Below, in pieces: positions 53,124 through 62,606 of a DNA stretch of 64,000 nucleotides; positions within the stretch are counted from its first letter, which is position 1, and the number at the start of each line of letters is the position of its first letter. Source of the DNA: an uncultured delta proteobacterium (GTDB lineage: Bacteria > Desulfobacterota > Binatia > HRBIN30 > BPIQ01). The position numbers and the translations under genes are program-made. Where the stretch lies: the NCBI GenBank assembly GCA_963761335.1, contig CAVXGR010000012.1, positions 704,001 to 768,000 on the forward strand, in the 5' to 3' direction. The notes below the pieces were generated by a model. The model had not been told where the DNA came from, made no database searches, and saw only the letters and a list, made by a program, of their open reading frames with translations.

Positions 53124-54115
53124 GGCACACCCCCGATCTCACACTGCACTGTCTGCCGCTGCTGCCCCGTGCCTTGGTTGCCCGTACCCTGGTTGCCGCC
53201 CCCGTCCTCCATCCCCGCGCCCCACACCAGTATCCCGTTCCGCCCGTTGTCCTCCGCCCGGTTGCCCTGCAGCCGCAGATCCCCCCCCATCCCCCAGATC
53301 CCGTCGGTGCCGTTCTCCACCGCCGTGCATCCCTCCACGTCCATGTTCATCGCGTTCAGCTGCACCCCCGCCTTGCCGCTCCCCATCGCCTGGCAGTCCA
53401 GCAGCCGATGCCCCGAGCCCATGATGTGAAACCCCGAATCCTTGCTCCCCACCGCCTCCGCGCCGGCGTTCGTCTCCCCCAGCTGCCCGTCCTGCCCGAG
53501 CACGAAGTACCCGTACCTGCCGCTCCCCACCGCCCGTGTCGTGCTCAGCCAGAACCCCTTCCCCCGCAGCCAGAAACCGTCCTGTCCCGAGTCCCACACC
53601 TCCGTTTCGCGGATCTCGTAGTCCGAAGAGAACACCCGGATGCCGTCCCGCCCGCTGTGCGTCACCACCAGATCGGCGATCACCGACACCGCGTTCGCCC
53701 CGTGCGCCGACACCCCGTCGTGAAAGCCGTCGATCAGCGCCGGACCGTTGCTGCTCAAAAGCCGCGCCCCGCTCGGCCCTCCGTAGATCAGCCACACCCC
53801 CGAGCCCCGCCCGCTGCCGTGCAGCGCGTGCCCGTGCAGATCCACCGTCACGACCTTCGCCCCGCTCCCGGCGCGCACGATCAGCCCGTTGCCCGGGCAC
53901 ACCGTCGTGGTCACCGGGTCGTCCCCCAACACCACGTCGCTCGCCACCACGTCGCCGCACGCACACGGCACGTCGCGCCCCTCCACGTCGTCGCCGCACA
54001 GCTTTGCCCAACTGCGCGCCGGGGCGAGAAGCACGCACACCGAGAGCAAGGCGAGTGGCAAGCAGCGGTTCCGGAGGGACCGGAGCAGGAGGCGCGGGAG
54101 CGCTCTGAAGTTCAA
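53111..54115 (-). CDS. Secreted right-handed parallel beta-helix repeat protein
   Basis: CACGDVV, VDLHGHAL, repeated SGRDGI / SGQDGF / NGTDGI / NGRNGI; start uncertain. Confidence 0.75.
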   Translation of the reverse strand: MNFRALPRLLLRSLRNRCLPLALLSVCVLLAPARSWAKLCGDDVEGRDVPCACGDVVASDVVLGDDPVTTTVCPGNGLIVRAGSGAKVVTVDLHGHALHGSGRGSGVWLIYGGPSGARLLSSNGPALIDGFHDGVSAHGANAVSVIADLVVTHSGRDGIRVFSSDYEIRETEVWDSGQDGFWLRGKGFWLSTTRAVGSGRYGYFVLGQDGQLGETNAGAEAVGSKDSGFHIMGSGHRLLDCQAMGSGKAGVQLNAMNMDVEGCTAVENGTDGIWGMGGDLRLQGNRAEDNGRNGILVWGAGMEDGGGNQGTGNQGTGQQRQTVQCEIGGVPCAP

Positions 54116-54192
54116 ACTGGTCTGCCTTTGGCCAAAGAGGCTACCACAGGACCAGCCCCTGTGGTCAAGCGAAGATTCGCCCAGGCCACCGA

Positions 54193-54314
54193 GAGGCTGT
54201 CTGAAAATCCTTGCAGGACGACTTTCGCCGGCTCGCGGGCCCAGTAGAAGCGGCGTCTCGCCGCTCCGGAAAGCGCCGGGGACGGCGCTTCTACACTAGT
54301 TTTGAAACAGCCTC
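54193..54314. mobile_element. 122-bp MITE-like element with about 15-bp TIR and 4-bp TSD enclosing a GTAG REP
   Basis: GAGGCTGTCTGAAAA / TTTTGAAACAGCCTC; CCGA at 54189-54192 and 54315-54318; REP at 54244-54294. Confidence 0.7.
54244..54294. repeat. GTAG-type REP palindrome, copy 4
   Basis: GTAGAAGCGGCGTCTCGCCGCTCCGGAAAGCGCCGGGGACGGCGCTTCTAC. Confidence 0.85.
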
Positions 54315-54352
54315 CCGAAGGCGGGCCGCCGGCCGCGTCTGCCGCCTCAGGG

Positions 54353-54619
54353 AGTAGTGTCCTAAGTTCCCCGATGCCGGATATTGACACGCAGGATTGT
54401 GGTCAGTCTGGTCGCTGCGGGCGCGGGCTCCCTCTCCCGCATTGCCTGCGGAAGAGGGCCGGGGCGAGGGTACCGATCTCTTTGAAGGCCGCGAAGATCC
54501 GCGAGCCTTCAGTGAGAAAGGGACCCCTCTCCTCATTCCTCTCCCCGCGGAAATGCGGGGAGAGGGAACTCGGCGCAGCGGGCGCGGAAATAATCGCAAG
54601 CGTCACTTAGGACACCACC
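54353..54619. mobile_element. MITE with IS256-like TIR and 8-bp TSD enclosing CCCTCTCCC hairpin cargo
   Basis: AGTAGTGTCCTAAGT / ACTTAGGACACCACC; CCTCAGGG at 54345-54352 and 54620-54627; cargo aligns with 9423-9561. Confidence 0.82.
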
Positions 54620-54690
54620 CCTCAGGGCGCGCCGCTTTCCCTCATTCGCCCTTTGTGACAAGGAAAGCCATTGCCGATGAGGACGAGGCG

Positions 54691-56487
54691 ATGACACGGT
54701 TGGCACCGGCGAGTACGCCGATCGCGCCGCCGGTGGTGGACGGCAAGGCACAAACGCCGCCCTCGTCGCGCGGCGTCGTGATCACCGGCGTCGTCCTGGC
54801 GCTGGCCTCGGTGGGGCTGCTGTGCACCGCTCGCTTCGCCGGTTGGTGGAGAGTCGAGGTGGGCGCCTGGGCCGTCTGCCTCGGCAGCATTCTGACGGCG
54901 GCGTACGCCGCCGACGGCCGGCGGCCGCTGCGTCTGCCGCGACTGCGCGCCGCCGAGCTGGCGGCCCTGGCGTTGCTCGTCGCCCTCACGGCCGGCGCGC
55001 GCCTGTACGCCCTCGGCCAGATACCCGCTGAGATTCACGGCGACTCGGCGGAGTGCGGCACTCGCGGCCTGGAGATTCTCGAGGGGCATTTCCCGAACCT
55101 CTTCGCCTTCTCCGAGTGGTATCGCACTCCGTACGTCTCCTTTCTTCCGTACGCCGCGAGCTTCGCACTCGAGGGCGTGTCGGTGCGCTCGCTGCGGCTC
55201 CCCTGCGCCCTGATCGGCATCGTCGTGGTTCTGCCCCTCTACTTCCTGACGCGCCGCTGGTACGGCGTCTCCGCGGCTCTTTTCACCGCCTTCTTCTACG
55301 CCCTCTCCCACCCGGCGGTTCACTTCAGTCGCATCGGCCTGTGGAACGTGCAGATCACTTTCTATGCGGTCACCGCCTTCTGGCTGATGACGGCGGCCAT
55401 GGACCGCGGCAGCATCCTCCTGGGCGGTGTGGCGGGCCTGGTGACCGGGCTCGCCATGTACTCGTACACGGCCGGGCGCATCATCCCGGTGGTGCTGCTG
55501 GTGGTCTGCCTGTGGCAGCTGCTGGTGCGACCGGCGAGCCTCCGCTCGGTGCTGCGCGCCGGCTTCGCCTACGCGCTCGTCGCCCTGCTGGCGATCGTGC
55601 CGCTGATTCTCGACTACGTCCAGGAGCCGCTGGCCTTCGCCGAGGACCGCACCGCCGGGGTCGCGATCTTCGCCGAAGACGTCATGCCGCACCTGAAGGA
55701 GGCGTACGGAACCGACTCTCACTGGGGCGTGCTGCGCGGCCAGGCGCTGCTCACGGTCGAGGGGCTCTTCTGGCTCGGCGATGCCAGCGGCCAGTACGCG
55801 ACCGAGAAACCCATCTTCCGCTGGATCACCTTCGCCTTCCTTCTGGTCGGCTGCGCCGTGGCGGCGCGCCGTTTCTGGCAGCCGCGCAATTTCTTCGTCC
55901 TCGTCTGGCTCGTGCTCAGCCTTCTCCTCGGCAGCGTTCTCGTGCTCGATCCGCCGTCGCTGACCCGCTGGGTGGCGACCTTTCCGGTGCTGTATATCCT
56001 CGTCGCGCTCGGCCTCGTCAGCAGCATGAATCTGCTGCGCCGCCGCTTTCCGCAGACGCCGCTGGCGCCGCTGCTCGGCGGCCTGGTGGCGGCGCAGTTC
56101 GCCCTCTTCAACATCACCGGGTACTGGCACTTCGCGGAGCGCATGGCGGTGCAGCCCGGACGCGAGTGGGACGTCGTCAAGGTCCTCGAGCGGCGCGGCG
56201 GCGACCGCGACTACTACCTGTTCACCGGTCCGCACATGCTGCCGGAGAGCCCGGTGATGAACCTCTTCTTCCGCAAGGTTCGCGCCATCACCGCCATCTC
56301 CGAGGTCGACATCCCGCCGCGACTGGCGCGCGACACCACCTTCATCCTCACCCCGAGCTATCGCCGCGCCGCGCACTGGCTGGAGGAGCATTTCCCCGGG
56401 ATCGAACGCGACGTCGTTCTCAACGACGGGCTACCGCAGGTGATCGTCTACGAGTGCTCGGACAGCAACGGTTGTCGCAAGGGCTGA
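54691..56487 (+). CDS. GT-C fold membrane glycosyltransferase (ArnT/PMT-like, family 39/83)
   Basis: RLYALGQIPAEIHGD, SLRLP, VHFSR, MYSYTAGR; many TM helices. Confidence 0.85.
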   Translation: MTRLAPASTPIAPPVVDGKAQTPPSSRGVVITGVVLALASVGLLCTARFAGWWRVEVGAWAVCLGSILTAAYAADGRRPLRLPRLRAAELAALALLVALTAGARLYALGQIPAEIHGDSAECGTRGLEILEGHFPNLFAFSEWYRTPYVSFLPYAASFALEGVSVRSLRLPCALIGIVVVLPLYFLTRRWYGVSAALFTAFFYALSHPAVHFSRIGLWNVQITFYAVTAFWLMTAAMDRGSILLGGVAGLVTGLAMYSYTAGRIIPVVLLVVCLWQLLVRPASLRSVLRAGFAYALVALLAIVPLILDYVQEPLAFAEDRTAGVAIFAEDVMPHLKEAYGTDSHWGVLRGQALLTVEGLFWLGDASGQYATEKPIFRWITFAFLLVGCAVAARRFWQPRNFFVLVWLVLSLLLGSVLVLDPPSLTRWVATFPVLYILVALGLVSSMNLLRRRFPQTPLAPLLGGLVAAQFALFNITGYWHFAERMAVQPGREWDVVKVLERRGGDRDYYLFTGPHMLPESPVMNLFFRKVRAITAISEVDIPPRLARDTTFILTPSYRRAAHWLEEHFPGIERDVVLNDGLPQVIVYECSDSNGCRKG

Positions 56488-56518
56488 GAGCACCGCGGCA
56501 ACGGAGCGGAGGACTACC

Positions 56519-56893
56519 ATGGCAGAAGAGAAGGATCTGATGAGGCGCGGCATGGAGGTAACGGAGAAGCTCTGGGGCAGACGCGCCGCTGCCCGGGAGC
56601 TGCCGGCGCAGAAGCTGGCGCCGGAGTTCTTCGGCCTCGTCACCCAGCTCGTCTTCGGAGGCTTCTGGTCGCGACCACAGCTGGACATGCGCAGCCGCAG
56701 CCTGTGCACGGTGGCTCAGCTCGCCGCTCTCGGCAGGACCGACGAGCTGAAGGCGCATCTCGCCGGGGCTCTGCAGCTGGGCATCCGGCGCGACGAGCTG
56801 ATCGAGGTGCTGATGCAGACCGCCTGTTACGCCGGTGTTCCCGCGGCGGTCCAGGCGCTGAACGCCGCGGCGGACGTCCTGCCGCCCGCCTAG
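56519..56893 (+). CDS. Carboxymuconolactone decarboxylase family protein
   Basis: FGGFWSRPQLDMRSRSL, ELKAH, YAGVPAA. Confidence 0.9.
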   Translation: MAEEKDLMRRGMEVTEKLWGRRAAARELPAQKLAPEFFGLVTQLVFGGFWSRPQLDMRSRSLCTVAQLAALGRTDELKAHLAGALQLGIRRDELIEVLMQTACYAGVPAAVQALNAAADVLPPA

Positions 56894-56895
56894 CC

Positions 56896-57927
56896 CTACC
56901 AGAGCCGGGGCGGCGGCTCCTCGGCACTGCGGGCGCGGTCCAGAGCGCCGCCGCGCCGCCACATATAGCAGGAGTCGGGAAAGCCGCCCATGGCGACGAC
57001 GGAGGCGCTCTCCTTGAAGAGAATCGCCCACGGCTCCGAAAGCGCGGCGGCGCATTGCACGAAGGCCGGCGCCATCATCAGCAGGGCGTCGAGGAGAGGT
57101 CGATCGTCGGGCGCCTCGCCGAAGCGGGCCAGCAGCACGCGCGTGATTCCCCGCAGCAACGGGGTTCCCTCGAGCCCCTCGAGAGCCGCAGTGCGCTCGA
57201 CCCAGGGTGCCTCGAGGTCGTCGAGGCGGCGCCGGCGCTCCGCCCCCTCCACCTTCCCGAGGACCACACCGCGCATGTCGACCGAACCGCTGAGGCGCAC
57301 CTCGAGCTGCTGACCGAGGCGCTCCAGCGGCCGGGCCACGGGCGCCGCCGGCGCGCAGTGGATGTCGGTGAGCTGCACGGAGAGCTGCATCTCGCCGGCG
57401 GACGGCTCGCTGCCGTCGACGATGACGTCGCGCGCGAAAACCCGCTCTCCGGCTCGCCAGGCGCGCCCGCCGCGCCGGCGCCGCTGCGCTTCCCGCTCCA
57501 GGGCCCACACCGCCGTCGAGCCCAGCAGCTGCGCCAGTGTGAGGATGTGCGAGCAGCCGCGCGGGCCGCCGAGCACCGCGTTCAACCGCCGCGCGAAATC
57601 GCCGTCGAGCGGCGCACCCGCCATCGATTCGATGAGCCGGATGGGATCCCGACAGCTCTCGCCGGCGCTCAGCGGCGAGGACTCGAAGGCGACGGCGGGC
57701 TGCTCGGCGGAAATCGACTCGAGGACACCGGCGCGCGGATCGACGACGGCGCGCAGGAGCATGTGGTGCACGATCCCGGGCCCCTGCAGATCGCCGCCGA
57801 CGGGGACGAAGCCCCGCTTGCGCAGGTCGATGAGGTAGGCGCGGGCCTCGAGCTTGTCCTCGCGGCTCGACAGCGTCACGCGCAGCGCCCGGGTGTGCAG
57901 CGGATGACCACGCGCCTCGATATGCAT
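56896..57927 (-). CDS. DUF2889-like protein (tandem domains)
   Basis: LHTR, VHHM, LGGPRGCSHI, DSCYMW. Confidence 0.75.
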   Translation of the reverse strand: MHIEARGHPLHTRALRVTLSSREDKLEARAYLIDLRKRGFVPVGGDLQGPGIVHHMLLRAVVDPRAGVLESISAEQPAVAFESSPLSAGESCRDPIRLIESMAGAPLDGDFARRLNAVLGGPRGCSHILTLAQLLGSTAVWALEREAQRRRRGGRAWRAGERVFARDVIVDGSEPSAGEMQLSVQLTDIHCAPAAPVARPLERLGQQLEVRLSGSVDMRGVVLGKVEGAERRRRLDDLEAPWVERTAALEGLEGTPLLRGITRVLLARFGEAPDDRPLLDALLMMAPAFVQCAAALSEPWAILFKESASVVAMGGFPDSCYMWRRGGALDRARSAEEPPPRLW

Positions 57928-57929
57928 CC

Positions 57930-59078
57930 TCAGCCCTCCCGCTCTTCCAGCTCGGTCTTCATCTGCACGAAGCGAGTGACACCGGTGCGGGTGATGAGAC
58001 CGAGGAGCCGATCGCCGTCGGTCACCAGGAGGCGTCCGAGGTCGGCTTCCACCATGTGCCGCAGCGCCGCCGACACCGTCGCCGTCGCGGCCACGCGGGC
58101 GCTCTCGTCCGCCGGGCGCATGATGTCCCGCACCCGTCGCAGGTTGCGCTCCGCCGCCGGGCAGTGGCGCACCTGGTTCATCGACACCAACCCCTCGGCG
58201 CGGCCGTCGCCGGCGACCGGGAAGCCGCCGTAGCCGTAGCGCAGGAAGTAATTCTCGACGGCGTCGGCGACGGTGACCTCGGCGGGAATGGTCACCGGGT
58301 TGCTGATCATGATGTCGCGCACCCGCGTCTGGCTGAGGACGTGCTCGACGACCACGCCATGATAGCTGGCGCGCGCCGCGCCGCGCAGGAACATGGCGAT
58401 GAAAATGAGCCACAGGCCGCCGATCAGGGCGCCGGCGAAGATCTGCAGGGCCCCGAGGACCATGAGGCCGATGGCGATGCCGGCGCCCCAGTCCGCGGCC
58501 CGCGCCGTGGCCGCGCGCAGATCGCCGGACCGCCTCCAGAAGTAGGAGCGCAGCAGCCGGCCGCCGTCGAGCGGAAAGCCCGGGAGGAGGTTGAACACCG
58601 CCAGCGCCACGTTGATGAAGAACAGGTAGTGAAACACCGCCACCCACAGCTCCGGAACGCCGGACGAGGCCAGAAGGACGGAGATGCCCCAGAAGACGCC
58701 GCCCAGCACCAGGCTCGTCAGCGGCCCCATGGCGGCGATCTTGAACTCCGTCGAGGCGTCCTTCGGCTCCCGTGACAGATGCGCCATGCCCCCGAAGATG
58801 AAGAGGGTGATGCGGCGCACTTCCTGTCCGAGGCTGTTCGCCATGATCGCGTGCGAGAGCTCGTGGATGAGCACCGAGGCGAAGAAGAGGAGCGTCCCCG
58901 CAAAGCCGACGACCCAGTAGCCGGCGCGCGCGTGTCCCGGATAGGCCTGCGGGAAATATCCCGCGGACAGGCTCCACAGCACCAGCAGGAAGATGATCAG
59001 CCAGGAGTAGTCGATGGCGATCTGCACGCCGGCGACACGGAAGAGGTCGAGCCCGCCACGAGTCTGGTTGTCGGCCAT
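57930..59078 (-). CDS. Site-2 protease (M50) with CBS domains
   Basis: HELSH, FNLLPGFPLDGG, C-terminal VRDIM CBS pair. Confidence 0.93.
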   Translation of the reverse strand: MADNQTRGGLDLFRVAGVQIAIDYSWLIIFLLVLWSLSAGYFPQAYPGHARAGYWVVGFAGTLLFFASVLIHELSHAIMANSLGQEVRRITLFIFGGMAHLSREPKDASTEFKIAAMGPLTSLVLGGVFWGISVLLASSGVPELWVAVFHYLFFINVALAVFNLLPGFPLDGGRLLRSYFWRRSGDLRAATARAADWGAGIAIGLMVLGALQIFAGALIGGLWLIFIAMFLRGAARASYHGVVVEHVLSQTRVRDIMISNPVTIPAEVTVADAVENYFLRYGYGGFPVAGDGRAEGLVSMNQVRHCPAAERNLRRVRDIMRPADESARVAATATVSAALRHMVEADLGRLLVTDGDRLLGLITRTGVTRFVQMKTELEEREG

Positions 59079-59129
59079 GATGGGTTCAAATCTGCCAGGA
59101 CTGCCCGGCCGTCTCAATGGGTGCGGGCT

Positions 59130-59250
59130 CCCTCTCCCACATTGTTGCCGGCGGGAGAGGGACAGGGTGACGCCGCAGAAATCGCAAACTTTCAGTGAAG
59201 AAGCCCCTCACCTTGATCCTCTCCCCGCGGAAAAAATGCGGGGAGAGGAG
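59130..59250 (+). repeat. CCCTCTCCC hairpin repeat, copy of the MITE cargo
   Basis: CCCTCTCCCACATTG...GGGAGAGGGACAGGGTGA...CCCCTCACCTTGATCCTCTCCCCGCGG...GCGGGGAGAGG. Confidence 0.75.
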
Positions 59251-59367
59251 ACCCTTCCGCGAGATGGGCAAGCGCAACAGGGAGGTCGGATCGGCAAGTC
59301 AGGACAGTACCCACCCGTCGTTCCCATTTGACTGCGGCACTCCGTCTCGGGAATAGTAGCTCGAGCC

Positions 59368-60231
59368 GTGAATGGAGTGAGCGAAGCACAAGCCGCGGCG
59401 CTGTCCGTCGTCGTCCCCGTATACAACGCCGAGTCCTTCATCGCCGAGAGCTTGCGCGAGCTGATCGGCTATCTCTCGGCCTCGCCGCGGCGCGCCGAGA
59501 TCATCGTGGTCGACGACGGCAGCAGCGACGCCACCGCGCAGCGCGCCCGCGATACCGCGGCAACCGCGCCCCTGCCGGTGCGCGTCGTGCGCAGCGAGGC
59601 AAACTGCGGCAAGGGCGCCGCCGTGCGCCGTGGCATGCAGCTGGCCGGCGGCGCCCAGCGCGTTTTCCTCGACGCCGATCTGGCCTATCCCCCGGACCAG
59701 ATCGAGCGTGTGTGCCGCGGCCTCGAGGCGGGCGCCGACGTCGTCGTCGCTTCCCGCGTCCACCCGGAATCGCGCTACGTCATCAGCCCCTCGTTCTTTC
59801 GCTATCTCTACACGCGGCATCTCGCCGGGCGGCTCTTCAACGCCATCGTGCGGCTGCTGCTCCTGCCCGGCATCCGCGACTCGCAGGCCGGGCTCAAGGG
59901 GTTCACCGCCAGCTCGGCGCGCATTCTCTTTCGCGATTGGACACCCGCGGGCTTCGGCTTCGACCTCGCCATCCTCTTCGGGGCGCGGCGACGGGGCATG
60001 CGGGTCGTGCAGATCCCGGTCGTCTACCGCTACGACAGTGAGGCCACGACGGTCCGCTTCATGCTCGATACGCTGCTGGTGCTGCGCGATCTGGCGCACA
60101 TCCGCGCCCGCGCCGTCTTCGGGGCCCTGCGCCGGCGCCGGCGACGCCGCCGGCGAGCCGCAGCCGCGGCCGCGCACCCGGCGCGAAACCGCGAGGCCGA
60201 GAGACGAGGCGCGGCCCCCGAGCACACCTGA
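59368..60231 (+). CDS. GT2 polyprenyl-phosphate glycosyltransferase (dolichyl-phosphate glucosyltransferase-like)
   Basis: SVVVPVYN, VDDGSSD, GKGAAVRRG, FLDADL, DSQAGLKGF. Confidence 0.9.
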   Translation: MNGVSEAQAAALSVVVPVYNAESFIAESLRELIGYLSASPRRAEIIVVDDGSSDATAQRARDTAATAPLPVRVVRSEANCGKGAAVRRGMQLAGGAQRVFLDADLAYPPDQIERVCRGLEAGADVVVASRVHPESRYVISPSFFRYLYTRHLAGRLFNAIVRLLLLPGIRDSQAGLKGFTASSARILFRDWTPAGFGFDLAILFGARRRGMRVVQIPVVYRYDSEATTVRFMLDTLLVLRDLAHIRARAVFGALRRRRRRRRRAAAAAAHPARNREAERRGAAPEHT

Positions 60232-60250
60232 AGGCGGAGGAGGACGCGGA

Positions 60251-61117
60251 GTGATCACCAATCGGCATGCGCTCGCGGGGCGCGCTGCAATCGCCGCGGC
60301 TCTGGCTCTGGTGCTGGCGGGCCAGGCCGCGGCGCAGGGCGAGAGCCCGGTTGCAGCAATGATCGACGCCGGTCGATACCAGGAGGCGTACGCCGCCGCC
60401 AGCAGCGGCGGCCAGCTTGCCGATCCCAAGTCGCTCGCCGCCCTGGCGCGACTGCTTCTGCGCCACTCCATCGCCAGCCCCAACGAGGCGGTGCGCTGGT
60501 CGGCGCTGCGCGCCGCGCGCTCGCTGGGGGACCCCGAGATCGCCGCCGCCGCCAAACCGCTGGCGCGCGACGGCGGTCGCTACGAGCGCTCGCTGGCGCT
60601 CGAGGTCCTGGCGAACGCCGACCCGGTCGGTAATCGCGACATCTTCATCGGCTCTCTGCGCTCGCCGTACCGCACCGTCCGCCTGCGTGCCCTGCGGGCC
60701 CTGAGCGGCTTCCGCGATGCCGACCTGGTTCCCCTGTTCGCCACCGTTCTCGGCGAGGACGACGATCCGGAGCTGCGCGCCTTCGCGGCTCGGGCGCTCG
60801 GCGCTTCGCGATCGCCCAGCGCCATCGCGCCGCTGACCACCGGCCTCGAGGACAAGATGGCGGTGGTGCAGGAGGAGTCGGTGCGCGCCCTGGTGGAGCT
60901 CGGCGACAAGAACGTCGGCGCCCTTCTGCGACAGCGGCTGGAGGACGTCAGCCCCGGCGATCGCGCCCGCGTGATTCGCCTGCTCTCCCTGGTGCCCGAC
61001 CCGCGGCTGGCGATGGCGCTGGCGCCCTATCTCGGCAACGACGACGCCGAGGTGCGCGCCGCGGCCGCCGCCGCCATCCTGCAGGTGCAGCGGCCGCCGG
61101 GCGCGGAGTCGCGCTGA
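60251..61117 (+). CDS. Exported HEAT-repeat protein
   Basis: Signal-like leader; VRLRALRAL, LRAFAARALG, VRAAAAAAI. Confidence 0.82.
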   Translation: MITNRHALAGRAAIAAALALVLAGQAAAQGESPVAAMIDAGRYQEAYAAASSGGQLADPKSLAALARLLLRHSIASPNEAVRWSALRAARSLGDPEIAAAAKPLARDGGRYERSLALEVLANADPVGNRDIFIGSLRSPYRTVRLRALRALSGFRDADLVPLFATVLGEDDDPELRAFAARALGASRSPSAIAPLTTGLEDKMAVVQEESVRALVELGDKNVGALLRQRLEDVSPGDRARVIRLLSLVPDPRLAMALAPYLGNDDAEVRAAAAAAILQVQRPPGAESR

Positions 61118-61740
61118 TGGCAATGCCCGCGGCGGTGCGTCACTTCGATACGGCCGCCGCCAGATACAGCCGCTTCCGCGGCGGGGCGCTGCTGGGCATG
61201 CTGCGGCGGCAGGAGCGCCAGGCGCTGATCAACATGGCCCGCCTGCGCCCCGGCGACCGCGTTCTCGACGCCGGCTGCGGCGACGGCGAGGTGCTCGAAT
61301 GGCTCCGCCAGCGCGGCACCCGCGCCGTTGGCATCGACGCCTCGTCCGGGATGGCCGCGGTCTGCCGGCGGCGCGGCCTGCCGGTCTCCGTCCAGGACAT
61401 GGAGCGGCTCGGCGTGCGCCCGGTCTTCGATTGGGTGATGTGCATCGGCGCTCTGGAGTTTGCCGCCGACCCGCGGCGCGCCCTGTGCGGCCTGGCCGGC
61501 TCCCTCGGCCCCCATGGGCGGCTGATCCTGCTCTTTCCCCGCCGCAGCCTGCTGAATCGGCTGTACGCCGCTTACCACCGCGCCCATGGCGTCGCCATCT
61601 CGGTCTTCTCCGCGGAGCAGATCACCGCCTGGCTACGCGATGCCGGCATGCAGGCGCCCCGCGAATGGCACCACTGCACCCTCTCCACGCTCTGCCTCGC
61701 CGAACGCTGCGGCGCCGTCGTGGCTCCCGGGCCGGCATGA
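61117..61740 (+). CDS. Class I SAM-dependent methyltransferase
   Basis: VLDAGCGDG, GIDAS, FDWV, LGPHGRL; TGATG overlap. Confidence 0.88.
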   Translation: MAMPAAVRHFDTAAARYSRFRGGALLGMLRRQERQALINMARLRPGDRVLDAGCGDGEVLEWLRQRGTRAVGIDASSGMAAVCRRRGLPVSVQDMERLGVRPVFDWVMCIGALEFAADPRRALCGLAGSLGPHGRLILLFPRRSLLNRLYAAYHRAHGVAISVFSAEQITAWLRDAGMQAPREWHHCTLSTLCLAERCGAVVAPGPA

Positions 61741-62606
61741 AGCCCCTGCTGCTCACCTTCGACGTCGAAGAGTTCGATCTCCCCTCGCTTCTGGGACGGC
61801 CGCTCTCTCCACGGCAGCAGATCCAGGTCACCGACGAGGGCGTCGGGCTCCTTCTACCGCTTCTCGCCGAGCGCGCTGTGCGCGCCACCTTCTTCGTCAC
61901 GGCGCGCTTTGCGCGCGCCCGCCCGCAGACGGTACGCCGGCTCGCCGCCGCCGGTCACGAGATCGCCGTGCATGGCCTGCGCCACGCCGACGACTACGGA
62001 TGCATGGAGCCGGGGCGCGCCGGGCGCCGACTCGAGCGGGCGCGGCAGATCGTCGAGGAGGTCGCCGGGGCGCCCGCCGCCGGCGTGCGCATGCCCCGCC
62101 TGCGCCCCTGCCCTCCGGCAGTGATCTGCGGCGCCGGATTCGAGTACGACGCCACCCCGCATCCGACCTGGGTTCCCGGCCGCTACAGCGGCCTGCACTG
62201 GCCGCGCGCACCCTGGCGCGAAGACGGCGTGGTGCGGGTCCCCATCTCGGTGCTGCCCGGAATACGCCTGCCGGTCTCCTGGATCTGGTACCGCGTCGCC
62301 GGCGCCCGGCTGGGCGGCGCCGCGGCCCGACTGGCCGCCGCCAGAGCGCCCTTCCTGCACCTCTACTTCCACCCCTGGGAGGCGCTGCCGATCGCCCGTT
62401 TCGGTGTGCCGCGGCTGCTGGCGGTGCGCAGCGGCCCCGCCTTTCTGGGTTCGCTCGACGGCCTGCTGCGGACCGCGGCAGACCGCTTCCAGCCGATGCC
62501 CGTCGGCGAGTACGTGACCGGGATCGCCGATACCTGGGAGCGCCGCCCGCCCAGCCGCCTCACCGGGTCGGAGAGCTTTCCCGAGGGACCGACGGCGCGC
62601 TCGTGA
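61737..62606 (+). CDS. Polysaccharide deacetylase (CE4) family protein
   Basis: LTFDVEE, ATFFVT, HEIAVHGLRH, YFHPWE; ATGA overlap. Confidence 0.88.
   Translation: MKPLLLTFDVEEFDLPSLLGRPLSPRQQIQVTDEGVGLLLPLLAERAVRATFFVTARFARARPQTVRRLAAAGHEIAVHGLRHADDYGCMEPGRAGRRLERARQIVEEVAGAPAAGVRMPRLRPCPPAVICGAGFEYDATPHPTWVPGRYSGLHWPRAPWREDGVVRVPISVLPGIRLPVSWIWYRVAGARLGGAAARLAAARAPFLHLYFHPWEALPIARFGVPRLLAVRSGPAFLGSLDGLLRTAADRFQPMPVGEYVTGIADTWERRPPSRLTGSESFPEGPTARS

Noticed and set aside
60120..60250. Arg-rich GT2 tail as a frameshift fusing GT2 to the HEAT protein
   Set aside because: No slippery site is evident; the HEAT gene has its own RBS and signal-like leader; low-complexity tails are common at this GC.
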